Numbered from the stretch's first letter, positions 49,144 to 59,759 are shown. The stretch is 64,000 nucleotides of DNA from Promethearchaeota archaeon (GCA_029838195.1 JALGVJ010000001.1:227107-291106), one strand, 5' to 3'. Notes: generated by a model from the sequence alone, not told the origin. Made by a program: numbers and translations.

Positions 49144-50649
49144 GTGTTTAATCTTAACGCATTAAACATGACATTATATAAGAGGTATCAATTGAAATGG
49201 GTCTTTGAAGCTCCTGATGTAATAAGGGCGTGTTCCGTTTTGAAGTGCCCCATCCCTCCAGGATCATACATTCTTTTTGGAGGGCATGATAAAACGCTTT
49301 ACATGATGGACTTGAAACTTAATATCGTGAATGAAGTTTCTTTTGATGGGTGGGTGAGATGCATTCATTCCATTGATTTGGATGGAGATGGCAACCATGA
49401 AGCAGTGCTAATAGGGTCTGGAGATGGGACCATGATGGTATTGAAATTTGATCCGGAAAAAGAAACTTTACGGGCAATAATGAGATACAAGGCAGAGGGC
49501 ATGATTACCTGTTGCACGGCAGGTGATTTGACAAGTAATGGATCTCCAGAATTGCTATTTGGATGTTCAGATAAAACCTTAAGGATTTTTCAAGAGCCTT
49601 TCACTAATGAACCTACATTTACCCTTTATTATGATTCTTGGGTCACGCAGTGTTCTATTGGTTCATTAAAGCTTCCGGAATTCAAGGATCCAATTCAGGC
49701 ACTCTTAATAGGAACGAAAAAGGGAATGTTACAATTAATTATTTTGGAGGCAAAAAAAGATAGATACATGCCAAATATACTCTGGCAGAGATATATGGGA
49801 ACGCAAATTAATGTCATATCGATTGGTGATGTAAATAATGATGGTTTAAATGAGATCGTGGTGAGTACGAATGATTCATTCATAAAAATACTAAATTCCG
49901 CTGGTGAGAATATAAAATACATGCGCGTGGATAATGGTAAATCGATTTCCTTATCTCGCCCCTTAGCAATCAAAATTGATGATATTGATGGCGATAAAGC
50001 TAAAGAACTTATCGTGGGATGTGCAGATGGTACCTTGCGGGTATATCATAATCCCGATCTGAATTCTAATAAATTAAAATTAAAATGGAAAACTAAAGTT
50101 TCCACTTCCATCAAAGATATCTGTACCATTGACGACCCGGAGAAAAAAATCAAAACGCTGATTTTTGGAGGATATGATCGAACTTTGCGGAATATAATGG
50201 ATTTTGAATGGGGGAAAAAACCCGTATTAGAAGTTCCTCAAAAAATTCCAAGAAAGAAAATAAGTGCTATAAAAAAACCATTTAAAATGCCGCCACAACC
50301 CATCCCTACTAACATCATGGAACAAATATTTCTCCTTTTACAAGGAAAGAAATTTTATTGGAATAAAGAACTTTTATCGAGAGAATTAATTGCGATTGGA
50401 TATAAACCTGAAGTTGTGGAAAGAGAATTAAATCGATTGATTGAAAATCATTATCTTTTAGAAGAATCCTTGAATGTTTCTGTTTTAAAATCTTCAGAAC
50501 TCTTGATAAAAGAAATGGAAAAAAATAAACAATTACACCAAAAAAATGATTCACAAGAATTAACTAAACGGGAGAAACTCATTCAAGCTGAAATGAATGA
50601 AGACATACAAGAGGAAAGAGGAACTATACACGAAAGGAATCAAAAATAG
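49144..50649 (+). CDS. Cytoplasmic FG-GAP/WD-like beta-propeller with C-terminal helical (winged-helix-like) domain
   Basis: Repeats DLDGDGNHEAVLIGSGDG, GDLTSNGSPELLFGCSD, GDVNNDGLNEIVVSTND, DIDGDKAKELIVGCADG; no signal peptide; start likely ATG 49168. Confidence 0.75.
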   Translation: MFNLNALNMTLYKRYQLKWVFEAPDVIRACSVLKCPIPPGSYILFGGHDKTLYMMDLKLNIVNEVSFDGWVRCIHSIDLDGDGNHEAVLIGSGDGTMMVLKFDPEKETLRAIMRYKAEGMITCCTAGDLTSNGSPELLFGCSDKTLRIFQEPFTNEPTFTLYYDSWVTQCSIGSLKLPEFKDPIQALLIGTKKGMLQLIILEAKKDRYMPNILWQRYMGTQINVISIGDVNNDGLNEIVVSTNDSFIKILNSAGENIKYMRVDNGKSISLSRPLAIKIDDIDGDKAKELIVGCADGTLRVYHNPDLNSNKLKLKWKTKVSTSIKDICTIDDPEKKIKTLIFGGYDRTLRNIMDFEWGKKPVLEVPQKIPRKKISAIKKPFKMPPQPIPTNIMEQIFLLLQGKKFYWNKELLSRELIAIGYKPEVVERELNRLIENHYLLEESLNVSVLKSSELLIKEMEKNKQLHQKNDSQELTKREKLIQAEMNEDIQEERGTIHERNQK

Positions 50650-50664
50650 CAGAATTAATGAACT

Positions 50665-51099
50665 CTAAAGGAAAAATCTTTTTAATATATCTTTGAAGGG
50701 TTGAAATTGTTCAATCTCGGAAAAATCAACATTATTATAACGGGTTATAAATGCTTGTAAAATAGGATCTGCTTTTCCCAAAAATTTTTTTACCAATTTA
50801 TCAGGATTTTTTTTCGATTTATCCACTAATCCGAAAAGGATTATCGGTTCTTTTTCATTTGAATCTAGGGATTTTACATGATCCACCTTAAAAATGAACA
50901 AGAAATTACCCGATTCTAAATATTCTAGCGAATTATCTGTAAATGCAACTTCTATAAAAGAGCTAATAGCAGAAATGAACGCCCCTCTTAAATCATCTAC
51001 TGATTGTTCTTTCCCTTTTTTTTTATTAATGGTTTTAAAAACGTGATTTACCAAAACAAAACCCCGAAAAACCAATCCAACTTCAATCAACTCTTTCAT
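50665..51099 (-). CDS. Stand-alone longin-like domain protein
   Basis: VGLVFRGFVLV...LRGAFISAISSFIE...LEYLESGNFLFIF...IILFGLVD...FITRY...FQPFKDIL longin pattern. Confidence 0.65.
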   Translation of the reverse strand: MKELIEVGLVFRGFVLVNHVFKTINKKKGKEQSVDDLRGAFISAISSFIEVAFTDNSLEYLESGNFLFIFKVDHVKSLDSNEKEPIILFGLVDKSKKNPDKLVKKFLGKADPILQAFITRYNNVDFSEIEQFQPFKDILKRFFL

Positions 51100-51230
51100 A
51101 AGTGATCCTCTTTAAATTGGTTCGTTTTTTCCATTTTTACTATCTTGAATATAGTTCAAGATATAAATTTAACATGTTAATATGTCTTTTTTAATTTTCC
51201 TTCTTTGAAAAGCAATATAGTGATTATATT

Positions 51231-51458
51231 ATGAAAAGGTTTTATGAAGATAGTTTTAAATCGAAAAAATCTTGTAAATGGTATGAGGTATGTCCTATAA
51301 AATATTTTGTGGAGCAGGGAAAACTTGACCGAAAATGGATCGAGGAATATTGCCTTATTGGAAATAAAGAATGTAAACGATATCAAATGGAAGAATCAGG
51401 AATTTACCACCCGGATAATATGCTTCCTAACGGAGAAATAAAAGAAGATTTAAAATGA
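51231..51458 (+). CDS. Small Cys-rich conserved-looking protein
   Basis: CKWYEVCP...YC....ECKRY...HPDNMLPNG; overlaps the next gene end by 9 bp. Confidence 0.7.
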   Translation: MKRFYEDSFKSKKSCKWYEVCPIKYFVEQGKLDRKWIEEYCLIGNKECKRYQMEESGIYHPDNMLPNGEIKEDLK

Positions 51459-52124
51459 AAAAACGGATCCTACACATATTCTCTTAAATTGCTTCGGAAA
51501 ATTCATTGCAATAGTATCTACATGCGCAGAGCAATGACATGCTCCAATAAAATCAATTCCTTTTAAAAAAGAAAATTTATTGAATCCATGAAATCCCCCA
51601 ATAACAGCTTTAATAGCTCCAATTTCGCGTCCTTTAATAATGTATCTTTCTAAACCCGGATGAGCACATCCAACCAAAATAATTATTTCTCCAGAATTCA
51701 ATTGTAAATATAGACATTGTTCTTTAAAGTTTATTCCAAGTTCTCCTGAGCTATACATGTTTTTTGCTATTTCAGTAAATTCAGAAATGCCATGAATATT
51801 CGCTTTTGGGAAAAAGTTCACAAACGACTTTACATACGTCTTAGGTACATGAATTTTAATAATCGGATTTAACTCATAAATCTTTTGTAAGCCACCCGTG
51901 TGGTCATGATGATTATGAGAAATGACCACATTTTTAATCTCTTCAATATTTATTCCAAATTTTTTTATATTATGAATCAAAACATCTCCATTCCCTCCTG
52001 TATCGAAAAGGAAATAAGACTTAATAATATTGTTGAAAATCAAGGCAGAGAAACCAAAACCGGTTAAAAATCCGGGTTTATAACAATGATTATCATAAAC
52101 GATTCTAATTATAAAATCATTCAT
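51450..52124 (-). CDS. MBL-fold metallohydrolase
   Basis: FDTG, SHNHHDHTGGL, GCAHPG, GGFH, CHC. Confidence 0.9.
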   Translation of the reverse strand: MNDFIIRIVYDNHCYKPGFLTGFGFSALIFNNIIKSYFLFDTGGNGDVLIHNIKKFGINIEEIKNVVISHNHHDHTGGLQKIYELNPIIKIHVPKTYVKSFVNFFPKANIHGISEFTEIAKNMYSSGELGINFKEQCLYLQLNSGEIIILVGCAHPGLERYIIKGREIGAIKAVIGGFHGFNKFSFLKGIDFIGACHCSAHVDTIAMNFPKQFKRICVGSVFSF

Positions 52125-52263
52125 TTGATGAATTATTATTCATTCTAATATTTTATAATATACTCTTCTCTTTGAATAATTTTTCTTTTAATTCAATTCG
52201 ATTTCAAAAAAAAAATTAAAACTTTTAGAGTAGTTTGGGTTCCAATAATTTCTTTTAACTAAA

Positions 52264-52959
52264 TTAACCTTCATTATTTTGTTCTTTTGGAATGATCAAA
52301 TAGATGTTTATCAGCCACATTAAAACGTTAAAAAAACTGGTCCATTGCCAGAGCGGCCATTCAAACAATCTGGGGTCTACATTAAATGTATTAGCCAAAG
52401 TATCTAATTCAGGAATTATTATCGTTAGTAATAAAAGGACGACAAAAACCCCATAAATTATTAATATTTGCTTTAAAGATGGCCATGATTCTTTTAATTG
52501 AACTTTCCTTACCATGACTATCAATAATGAAAAAGCGCTTGTATAAAATGCTCCAAATGCTAATCTGGCAAAAAAAGAATGACCTGGTTTATAAATATCT
52601 CCGGGAATAAACCCAACTCCCATGAATGCAATTCCACCAATCATGCCGGCAATACAAGAAAAGGTAAGAAGCCATATTAAAGTTGGAGCATATTTTTTAT
52701 AAATGAATAGAAAATGAAAAATGATAAAGAAGCCGGATACGGCACATCCTATCGTAAAAAAATAAAATCCTCTTGGATTATAGTCCGTTCTTCCTTGATT
52801 ACTTATCGTATTATTTAAAATAGAATAATGCCCCTTAAAAAAAAATTGAGCTAACGCCCACATGATGAGTAAAAAAATTAAAACGATAACAAGAATGATA
52901 CCATGTTCTTTTTTATTCGTTTCCCCCCTGAAAAATCTTTGGACAAGATCAACAAGCAT
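52264..52959 (-). CDS. DUF998-like membrane protein
   Basis: YSILNNTISNQG after TM1, GVGFIP...H..FA; 5 TM segments. Confidence 0.65.
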   Translation of the reverse strand: MLVDLVQRFFRGETNKKEHGIILVIVLIFLLIMWALAQFFFKGHYSILNNTISNQGRTDYNPRGFYFFTIGCAVSGFFIIFHFLFIYKKYAPTLIWLLTFSCIAGMIGGIAFMGVGFIPGDIYKPGHSFFARLAFGAFYTSAFSLLIVMVRKVQLKESWPSLKQILIIYGVFVVLLLLTIIIPELDTLANTFNVDPRLFEWPLWQWTSFFNVLMWLINIYLIIPKEQNNEG

Positions 52960-53027
52960 TTCGTTATCCCTTTACTTGATATTTATCTATATTTTGTTTT
53001 GGAAAAAATCATGACTATTCCATCGAA

Positions 53028-53546
53028 TCATTTCCATTTCTTTTTTAATTCTCTCTTGCTCATCGTTCTCACGTGATCTACCGCCCAAATTACAAATGTA
53101 TTGCACTTTTTTTGCCAAATATTATTTTTTCGATATTCCATGAATCCATCGGGTTCTGAAAAATCAAAACCACATAATTGGGAACATATTACGGAACCAA
53201 ATTGATTCTCGAAATCCGTGGCAAATTTAGAAGCCTTCAAGTATGCCATGGGGATCATGTCATTGTTCATTCGCTCTTTTCCTCCCATTATGATACCTAA
53301 AGCTGCACATCCTCCACAAACAGCTCCACATGCGCCTTGCCATCCGCTCTTAGATTTAAATCCACCAAATCCGCCAGCCAATGGAATCATGAGATTGTGA
53401 AACACGCCGTTATCAATTCCCAAAACCTGTAAAACACTTGTGAGAGTTAGCTCCGCACAATTCACGCCTTCCTTCATTTTCGGCAGTTCCCCTTTTAATC
53501 GTGCGATCATTTCATCAAATTTTTTATTTATATCTTTCACTTCCAT
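53028..53546 (-). CDS. C_GCAxxG_C_C family putative redox protein
   Basis: NCAE, GFGG, CGAVCGG, GSVICSQL and a final Cys. Confidence 0.88.
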   Translation of the reverse strand: MEVKDINKKFDEMIARLKGELPKMKEGVNCAELTLTSVLQVLGIDNGVFHNLMIPLAGGFGGFKSKSGWQGACGAVCGGCAALGIIMGGKERMNNDMIPMAYLKASKFATDFENQFGSVICSQLCGFDFSEPDGFMEYRKNNIWQKKCNTFVIWAVDHVRTMSKRELKKKWK

Positions 53547-53802
53547 CTCTATTCCCTCTCATTCTCCTTCTATTTACTTTTGAATTAAAACTAATTGAAA
53601 TTTCCTCTCATTTTATATAAATCTTCACTTCATTTTTAACATCCTTGCATCACTTAACTATAGAAATTTCCTAAATGAAATGTAAAAGCTTAAATTTTAT
53701 CAATTGTACGTTTATTTTAATACATAAAAAAATGTCTTTATAACTATTTGTTAATTTAATTATTCTTGAAAGCACAATTTTTTAAACCTCGGGAATCAAA
53801 CC

Positions 53803-54054
53803 ATGCCTACTAATTCCAAAATCGAAAATATTTGTCCATTCTGCAAGAAAAAGATAGACAGACCTTATTGGGCCCATGTCCAATCAGAGCACCCCGATGA
53901 ATATAAAAAAAAACAAACGTGGGTGAAATTATTCAAGGATTACATTAGCTTGGGAATGGATCAAGAAATTTCTTTACAAGTAATCGCAGAACTATATAAC
54001 ACCTCCCCATCCGAAGTAAAATCATTCCTAAAACAGCAAGGCGTTCAAGTTTAA
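53803..54054 (+). CDS. Small C2H2-type zinc finger plus HTH-like protein
   Basis: CPFC...WAHVQSEH followed by IAELYNTSPSEVKSFL. Confidence 0.7.
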   Translation: MPTNSKIENICPFCKKKIDRPYWAHVQSEHPDEYKKKQTWVKLFKDYISLGMDQEISLQVIAELYNTSPSEVKSFLKQQGVQV

Positions 54055-54317
54055 AAATAAAACTTAATTTTTTTAAACCATCTCCCTTTCTTTTTGATTT
54101 TCCCTTAATAAGCTTTTTCTTTACAAGTTAACCGGGAAATTTTATTTGATTTTAATATCCCTCAATACCTGCTTCCACCAGATTAATGATATTTTCTTTC
54201 TGTTCTAAAAATTTCCCATTTAATAATAAAAGAGTAAGATAATAAGGAGAGAAAAAAAACATGAAAATTGTTTAAAATGCCAAGAAGTATTTTCTTATAA
54301 TCTTGAATTTAATAGAA

Positions 54318-54632
54318 TTAAAATTCTTCCTCCTCTTCTTCTTCCTTTAAAAGACCCGCTTGCTTCAGTAAGTCTTCAACGGTATCTCTTGCCTTGATGA
54401 CTTGCTCATTTTCATTTAATTTTAAGTTTTCAAGCAAACTGTCTGAAAATTCCAAGAATTTTTTAATGGAAGTGGAAGAAAATTCAGATACTTTTTCCTG
54501 CGTGGATTCTATAAATTCCTTTCCACTTTCTCCAAATACAGAACCAACGAAATCCTTAAATGCATTATTAATTTTTGAAATAATGGTTTCTCTTTTTTCT
54601 TCTTCTTCATTACTCATGGGATCACCATGCAA
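54318..54632 (-). CDS. Acidic helical hypothetical protein
   Basis: Open frame, Glu-rich ends, amphipathic helices; start may be 54617. Confidence 0.65.
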   Translation of the reverse strand: MHGDPMSNEEEEKRETIISKINNAFKDFVGSVFGESGKEFIESTQEKVSEFSSTSIKKFLEFSDSLLENLKLNENEQVIKARDTVEDLLKQAGLLKEEEEEEEF

Positions 54633-54938
54633 AATAATTAAGAATGTTTTAATATAAATTAGTGCTTTATTAATAATTTTTACACTCTAACATATTCTTA
54701 ATTATATCTTGGAAAACAAGCTTTTCTTCGATATTTTTCTGAAAATTCCCTAGATTTTCTTAAGGAGATAAATTACATTTCACGCAAAAGACAAAAACCC
54801 GCCGATTCATGAAAAGCAGTGCTTTTTCAAATAATTCTTTCATTAATTTCTTTCATTAAAGGAAAGTTCTTGAGGATTATGGGGGGTTTAAATAATTTTT
54901 TTTAGACATATATTCAAAAATAAGGAAAAATTAATAGG

Positions 54939-55277
54939 ATGATCATGACAGAAAATAATGAAAATGAGGTTCCTCTCGTGAGCAAACAAGATCTTCATCG
55001 TGCCATGGTGTTCATGAAAGATTTGAAATTTACTGAGAAAGAAATTGATACCATTTGTAATAAAGCAAGTAATCTCATGAATGATGAGCTTATTAAAAAA
55101 GTATTAACAAAAATTCAAGAACAAGGAAAAGAAGATGACGAGAATCTCGAGGATTCGCTACGAGAGATCTTTAATGGCATGAAACAAGGCGATTATATTA
55201 ATCTTTTTAAAAAAATTGCTTCCAATGAAGATTTTCTCAATTTCATGCAAGACCTTTTATTAGATAAATTAATTTAA
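54939..55277 (+). CDS. Acidic hypothetical protein
   Basis: Open frame with upstream AGGA and downstream T-tract. Confidence 0.65.
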   Translation: MIMTENNENEVPLVSKQDLHRAMVFMKDLKFTEKEIDTICNKASNLMNDELIKKVLTKIQEQGKEDDENLEDSLREIFNGMKQGDYINLFKKIASNEDFLNFMQDLLLDKLI

Positions 55278-55314
55278 GATTAGGTTTTTCTTTTTCTCTT
55301 TTTTTCTTAAATAC

Positions 55315-56487
55315 TTACCTTAGGGGTAAAGGAGGGACTTCTGAATCATTCCACTCATCAATAAAGGGAGTACTCCACCAATGCTGGGGAATTTTAGAAT
55401 AATCGCCATATTTTTTTAACCCTCTCTCAAATGCCTTGATGTTTGCCCTTTTTACATGAATATCACGAGGCGTGGGATAAAAATAAGCGCCGAACCCTCC
55501 CTTTTCTGTTCCCAGATTTCGGATCATGTGCCAAACTTCCCGTTCTACCTCTTCAGGCGTGCCTTTGGGATAAATTGATTGAATGTTAATGCATCCCCAA
55601 AACATGATTTTGCCTCTATATGGTCGAAGATCTTTATAGCCGCTCATTCGAGGGCTGTCAAGTTCTATCGCATCCAACCCCCATTCAATAAGAGCTGGTA
55701 AGAGAGCATCAATTTTTCCGCAACAATGAAGATGCACTTCTAAATCTAAAGCATGAGCCTCATCAATGATGAGTTTATAAGGTGCTTCATAAAATTTTTT
55801 AAAAATGCGAGGGCTAAAAAAAGGACCTTGTTGTTCGCCTAAATCGTCAACTAACCAGATTCCATGAGGTTTAAGCCCATATTTAAAAGCGTATTTCATG
55901 AGATCCACGTGGTATTCTGCAACTAACTTTAAAACTTTCTTTATTTCTTCGGGATGTTTCCAGTGATCCACTAAATAAGTACTAAAACCTCTCATCGCGG
56001 CGACTACTTGGGAAGGACCGAACGTGGGAAAAAGTAGCATTAAATATTTTGTCTCTCTCAACCCTTTGACAAGATTTAAGGCAAATGCATAGCGACTTTT
56101 ATCTGAGGCATCCGGCTTGTATTTTTTCACATAATCATCATAATTATTCCAATCTAATAAAGAAGGTCTGCCGGGATGACCCATATCCGTGTCATTCCCT
56201 TTTAAATTCCAAATGCAACCCCACTCGTCAATTTCTTCATGGGGAATTTTTCTCCAATTAGTTCCTTCATATTCCGGATTATTCTTAGCCCATTCTGGAC
56301 GATCCCAATTATAATGACCCCTCACGTGAGGAAAAAGGCCCTGTTCTCCTTCATTCCATCCGGGTTTCCAATTCTTAGAATAAGTAAGCGGAATGGGAAA
56401 AACATCTCCTCCGACAAGATTAAAGACAGGAACTTTATCCGGATAGTTAAAATATAGGGCTGCTTTAACCCGTTCGAGTGAATCCAT
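55315..56487 (-). CDS. Uroporphyrinogen decarboxylase / MtaA-CmuA corrinoid methyltransferase family protein
   Basis: ERVKAAL...PDKVP, DEWG, DDLG.Q, HCCG, GCINIQ, GTPEEVE. Confidence 0.85.
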   Translation of the reverse strand: MDSLERVKAALYFNYPDKVPVFNLVGGDVFPIPLTYSKNWKPGWNEGEQGLFPHVRGHYNWDRPEWAKNNPEYEGTNWRKIPHEEIDEWGCIWNLKGNDTDMGHPGRPSLLDWNNYDDYVKKYKPDASDKSRYAFALNLVKGLRETKYLMLLFPTFGPSQVVAAMRGFSTYLVDHWKHPEEIKKVLKLVAEYHVDLMKYAFKYGLKPHGIWLVDDLGEQQGPFFSPRIFKKFYEAPYKLIIDEAHALDLEVHLHCCGKIDALLPALIEWGLDAIELDSPRMSGYKDLRPYRGKIMFWGCINIQSIYPKGTPEEVEREVWHMIRNLGTEKGGFGAYFYPTPRDIHVKRANIKAFERGLKKYGDYSKIPQHWWSTPFIDEWNDSEVPPLPLR

Positions 56488-56907
56488 TTTTTTTCTTTCC
56501 TTTTCTTTTAATTAGTTATTTACTTGAAATAATAATCTTAAACATTAAATATTTTTTCTTAGAGTGCTTTCAATAATCATGGTAAGCGTGTAGTCATGAT
56601 AACTTGTTTATCTTTAAAGATTCATCCTAATTTACTGAGTTTTTCTTAAAAAACCATTGTCCGAATTATTCAGTAAACGAACAGAAAATTATAAGATATT
56701 TTAAGAAATGAAATGAAAATGGAGAAAGATCATGAATTTTCTGGATAAAAAGTAAAGAAAACGTCCTTTTTAACTTTCATGAAACGAAAAATTTAACATT
56801 TAAGCTCTCATAATATTTCTGGATAAAAAAACTATTTATAAAAAATCACATGAATCTATTTAAGATAAAAAAATTGGAAAAACTTAAAAAAAAATGAGGT
56901 AATCATC

Positions 56908-58893
56908 ATGAGTGAACGCGAGAAACTTTGGGAACCCACAGAAGAGTGGATAAAATATACGGTCATTACTCGATTCATTGAACACGTGAATAATAAATAT
57001 AATGCGGGCATTTCGGATGGTAAAGCACTCTACAAATGGTCCGTTGATAATATTCCCCAATTTTGGGAAGCCGTGTGGGACTTCAGCGGAATCATCGCTT
57101 CTAAAAAATATGATAAGGTCGTGGAGGATTTAAGTGTATTTCCCGGCACAAAATGGTTCCCTGGAGCTCGTCTTAATTTTGCCGAAAATCTCTTGAGGTA
57201 TAAGGATGACCAGAAAGCTTTTATTTTTCAAGGAGAAACTAAAGTTTCAAAATCCATGACCTATGAGGAATTAAATAAGCAAGTAGCTCGCTTGGCAAGA
57301 TCTCTAAAGGAAATGGGGATAAAACCGGGGGATCGCGTCGTTTCTTATATTCCGAATCTCATCGAAACCCCCATGGCAATGCTTGCAACCACCTCGCTTG
57401 GAGCGATCTGGGCGTCTTGCGGCGCAGAATTGCAATCACGAGCCGTTATTGATCGGTTTGAGCAAATTAAACCACGAGTATTATTTACCGTGGATGGATA
57501 TTTTTATCGAGGCAATACATTCAATACCATTCCTAATGCAAAGGAAGTAGTGGAAGCCATACCTTCAATTGAAAAAGTAATAGTCGTGTCTTATGTATCA
57601 GAAAATAAACCCGATATAAGTAACATACCAAATGCCGTTCATTGGGAGGATTTCATCTCCAAAGAAATGAATCCCCCTCTTGAATTCGAACAGGTTCCAT
57701 TTGATCATCCCGTCTATATCATGTTTTCTTCTGGAACGACTGGTAAGCCTAAATGCATGGTCCAAAGCGGCGGAGGCGTTTTAATCAACCATCTAAAAGA
57801 ATTACTCCTATCCACTGACTTGAAAAGAAGCGATATCATTACCTATATTACCGCTCCCTCTTGGATGATGTGGAATTGGTTGATAAGTTCCTTAGCAGTG
57901 GGTGCAACTATCTTCCTTTATGATGGAAATCCCCTTTATCCTGCACCTGATAGAATGTTCGAGCTCATTGAAAAATACGGCATAACGATATTTGGAGTCT
58001 CCGCCACTTATATTCATTACTTAATGGGGCAAGGATTAAAACCTAAAGAAAAATTTGACCTCAGCTCCTTGCGAGAAATTTCACAAACTGCCAGCACGCT
58101 AAGCCCCGAAGGGTTTAAATGGTGTTACGAACAAATTAAAAAAGATTTATACTTTAATTCAATTTCTGGTGGTACGGATATTAATGGGTGCTTTGCTGCC
58201 GCCCTTCCCATCCTTCCCGTATATTCGGGAGAACTTCAAGGAAAAGCCCTTGGCATGAAAGTACAAGCATATGATGAGAACGGCAAACCGGTTAAAGATC
58301 AACAAGCAGAATTGGTCTGTGAAGCCCCTGCTCCGTCCATGCCCATTTATTTTTGGGGAGATGATGAAAACATGACTAAATATAAAGCAGCTTATTTCGA
58401 TTTCTATAAAGATCTAGGTTTAAATGTCTGGAGACATGGAGATTGGATCGTGGAACATGGTGATACGGGAGGTATTACCTTCTGGGGACGTTCTGATGCG
58501 ACCCTTAAGCCCTCTGGCGTGCGAATTGGAACATCAGAGATTTATAATGTAGTTGAGCAATTACCGGAGATAGTTGATAGCTTGGCGATTGGCCTTCCGG
58601 ATGAAAAAGGTGATGTAAAAATTACCTTGTTTGTTCAATTGGCACCTGGTTTTCAATTAAACGACCAATTGATTGATAAAATCAAGACCACCCTGAGAAA
58701 TAAAACCTCTCCCCGCCATGTTCCCTCAAGAATCATTGAAGTTCCGGAAGATGGCATTCCCTATACGTTTTCCGGGAAGAAAGTGGAGATAGCTGTCACT
58801 AAAATCTTGCGAGGCATGCCGGTTGCGAATAGAGGTGCCTTGAGGAATCCCAATTCGCTCGATTTTTACGAAAAGCTTAAATCCTCCTTATGA
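56908..58893 (+). CDS. Acetoacetate--CoA ligase
   Basis: WFPGARLNFAENLL, FSSGTTGKPKCMVQ, WMMWNW, SISGGTDI, WRHGD, GRSDATL, SGKKVE. Confidence 0.92.
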   Translation: MSEREKLWEPTEEWIKYTVITRFIEHVNNKYNAGISDGKALYKWSVDNIPQFWEAVWDFSGIIASKKYDKVVEDLSVFPGTKWFPGARLNFAENLLRYKDDQKAFIFQGETKVSKSMTYEELNKQVARLARSLKEMGIKPGDRVVSYIPNLIETPMAMLATTSLGAIWASCGAELQSRAVIDRFEQIKPRVLFTVDGYFYRGNTFNTIPNAKEVVEAIPSIEKVIVVSYVSENKPDISNIPNAVHWEDFISKEMNPPLEFEQVPFDHPVYIMFSSGTTGKPKCMVQSGGGVLINHLKELLLSTDLKRSDIITYITAPSWMMWNWLISSLAVGATIFLYDGNPLYPAPDRMFELIEKYGITIFGVSATYIHYLMGQGLKPKEKFDLSSLREISQTASTLSPEGFKWCYEQIKKDLYFNSISGGTDINGCFAAALPILPVYSGELQGKALGMKVQAYDENGKPVKDQQAELVCEAPAPSMPIYFWGDDENMTKYKAAYFDFYKDLGLNVWRHGDWIVEHGDTGGITFWGRSDATLKPSGVRIGTSEIYNVVEQLPEIVDSLAIGLPDEKGDVKITLFVQLAPGFQLNDQLIDKIKTTLRNKTSPRHVPSRIIEVPEDGIPYTFSGKKVEIAVTKILRGMPVANRGALRNPNSLDFYEKLKSSL

Positions 58894-59181
58894 ACATCTC
58901 CTAGCAATCCGAAACTACAATCTAAAAACTCTAACTTTATATTTTTATTTTATTTTCTTTTACCAATTAATTTAGAAAGAGAAATACAAGAATATAAACA
59001 AGAAAAAAAAGGATGAGCTAAAAACTACTACAAACCTTATAGTACTTTTTAACACTTATTTATTTTATTATTTCGAACTTTTTCAATACATTTATAGGTA
59101 TTTCCAATGCATTTATGGATAAGACTTATCCCATTTATTTAAATTGGTTCTTTATAATGCTTTTAAAGAAATTTAATTCCA

Positions 59182-59442
59182 CTAAAAACGATAATTCTTG
59201 TAAGAACTATGCTTTCTAGGGGCAGCTTCAGTGACGACGACATTACTCGCTTGCGGGCCTTTTTGCCCTTCCGTAATGTCGAATTCGACCTTGTCATCTT
59301 CATTTAAGGTTTTATAGGCTTCATCATCACCACTAATTGCTGAATAATGGACAAAAATATCTTTTCCATCTTCATCATTGGTGATGAAACCATAGCCCTT
59401 CTTGGAATTAAACCACTTTACTCTGCCTGTATTGCTTGGCAT
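59182..59442 (-). CDS. cspA: Cold-shock domain protein
   Basis: [15 protein letters not shown] (RNP1), DIFVHYSAI (RNP2), [10 protein letters not shown]. Confidence 0.93.
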   Translation of the reverse strand: MPSNTGRVKWFNSKKGYGFITNDEDGKDIFVHYSAISGDDEAYKTLNEDDKVEFDITEGQKGPQASNVVVTEAAPRKHSSYKNYRF

Positions 59443-59759
59443 GTTATTTGGCCTTCTTATTTACTTTTTACTAAATCTTTTTACATGTATTTAAATTTTT
59501 AAAACTTCGTGATGAAGTCAATAACAAAAAGAAAGCAATTGTAATAAATTTATATCTTTTATTTTAATGGAAAAAATTTGTTTTAACGAAAAATGAAAAT
59601 TTTTTTACTTTAACTTTAAAATTTAAAAATAGGGGCGGAAAAAGTCAAATATGCTTGACGAAAATTACTAAAACGGGATAGTTTTTAATGAGAAACTATT
59701 GTAGATTTTTCTTCTTTGTATAAAAATAATATAAATGAGATAAAATAAAAAAAAAGAAA

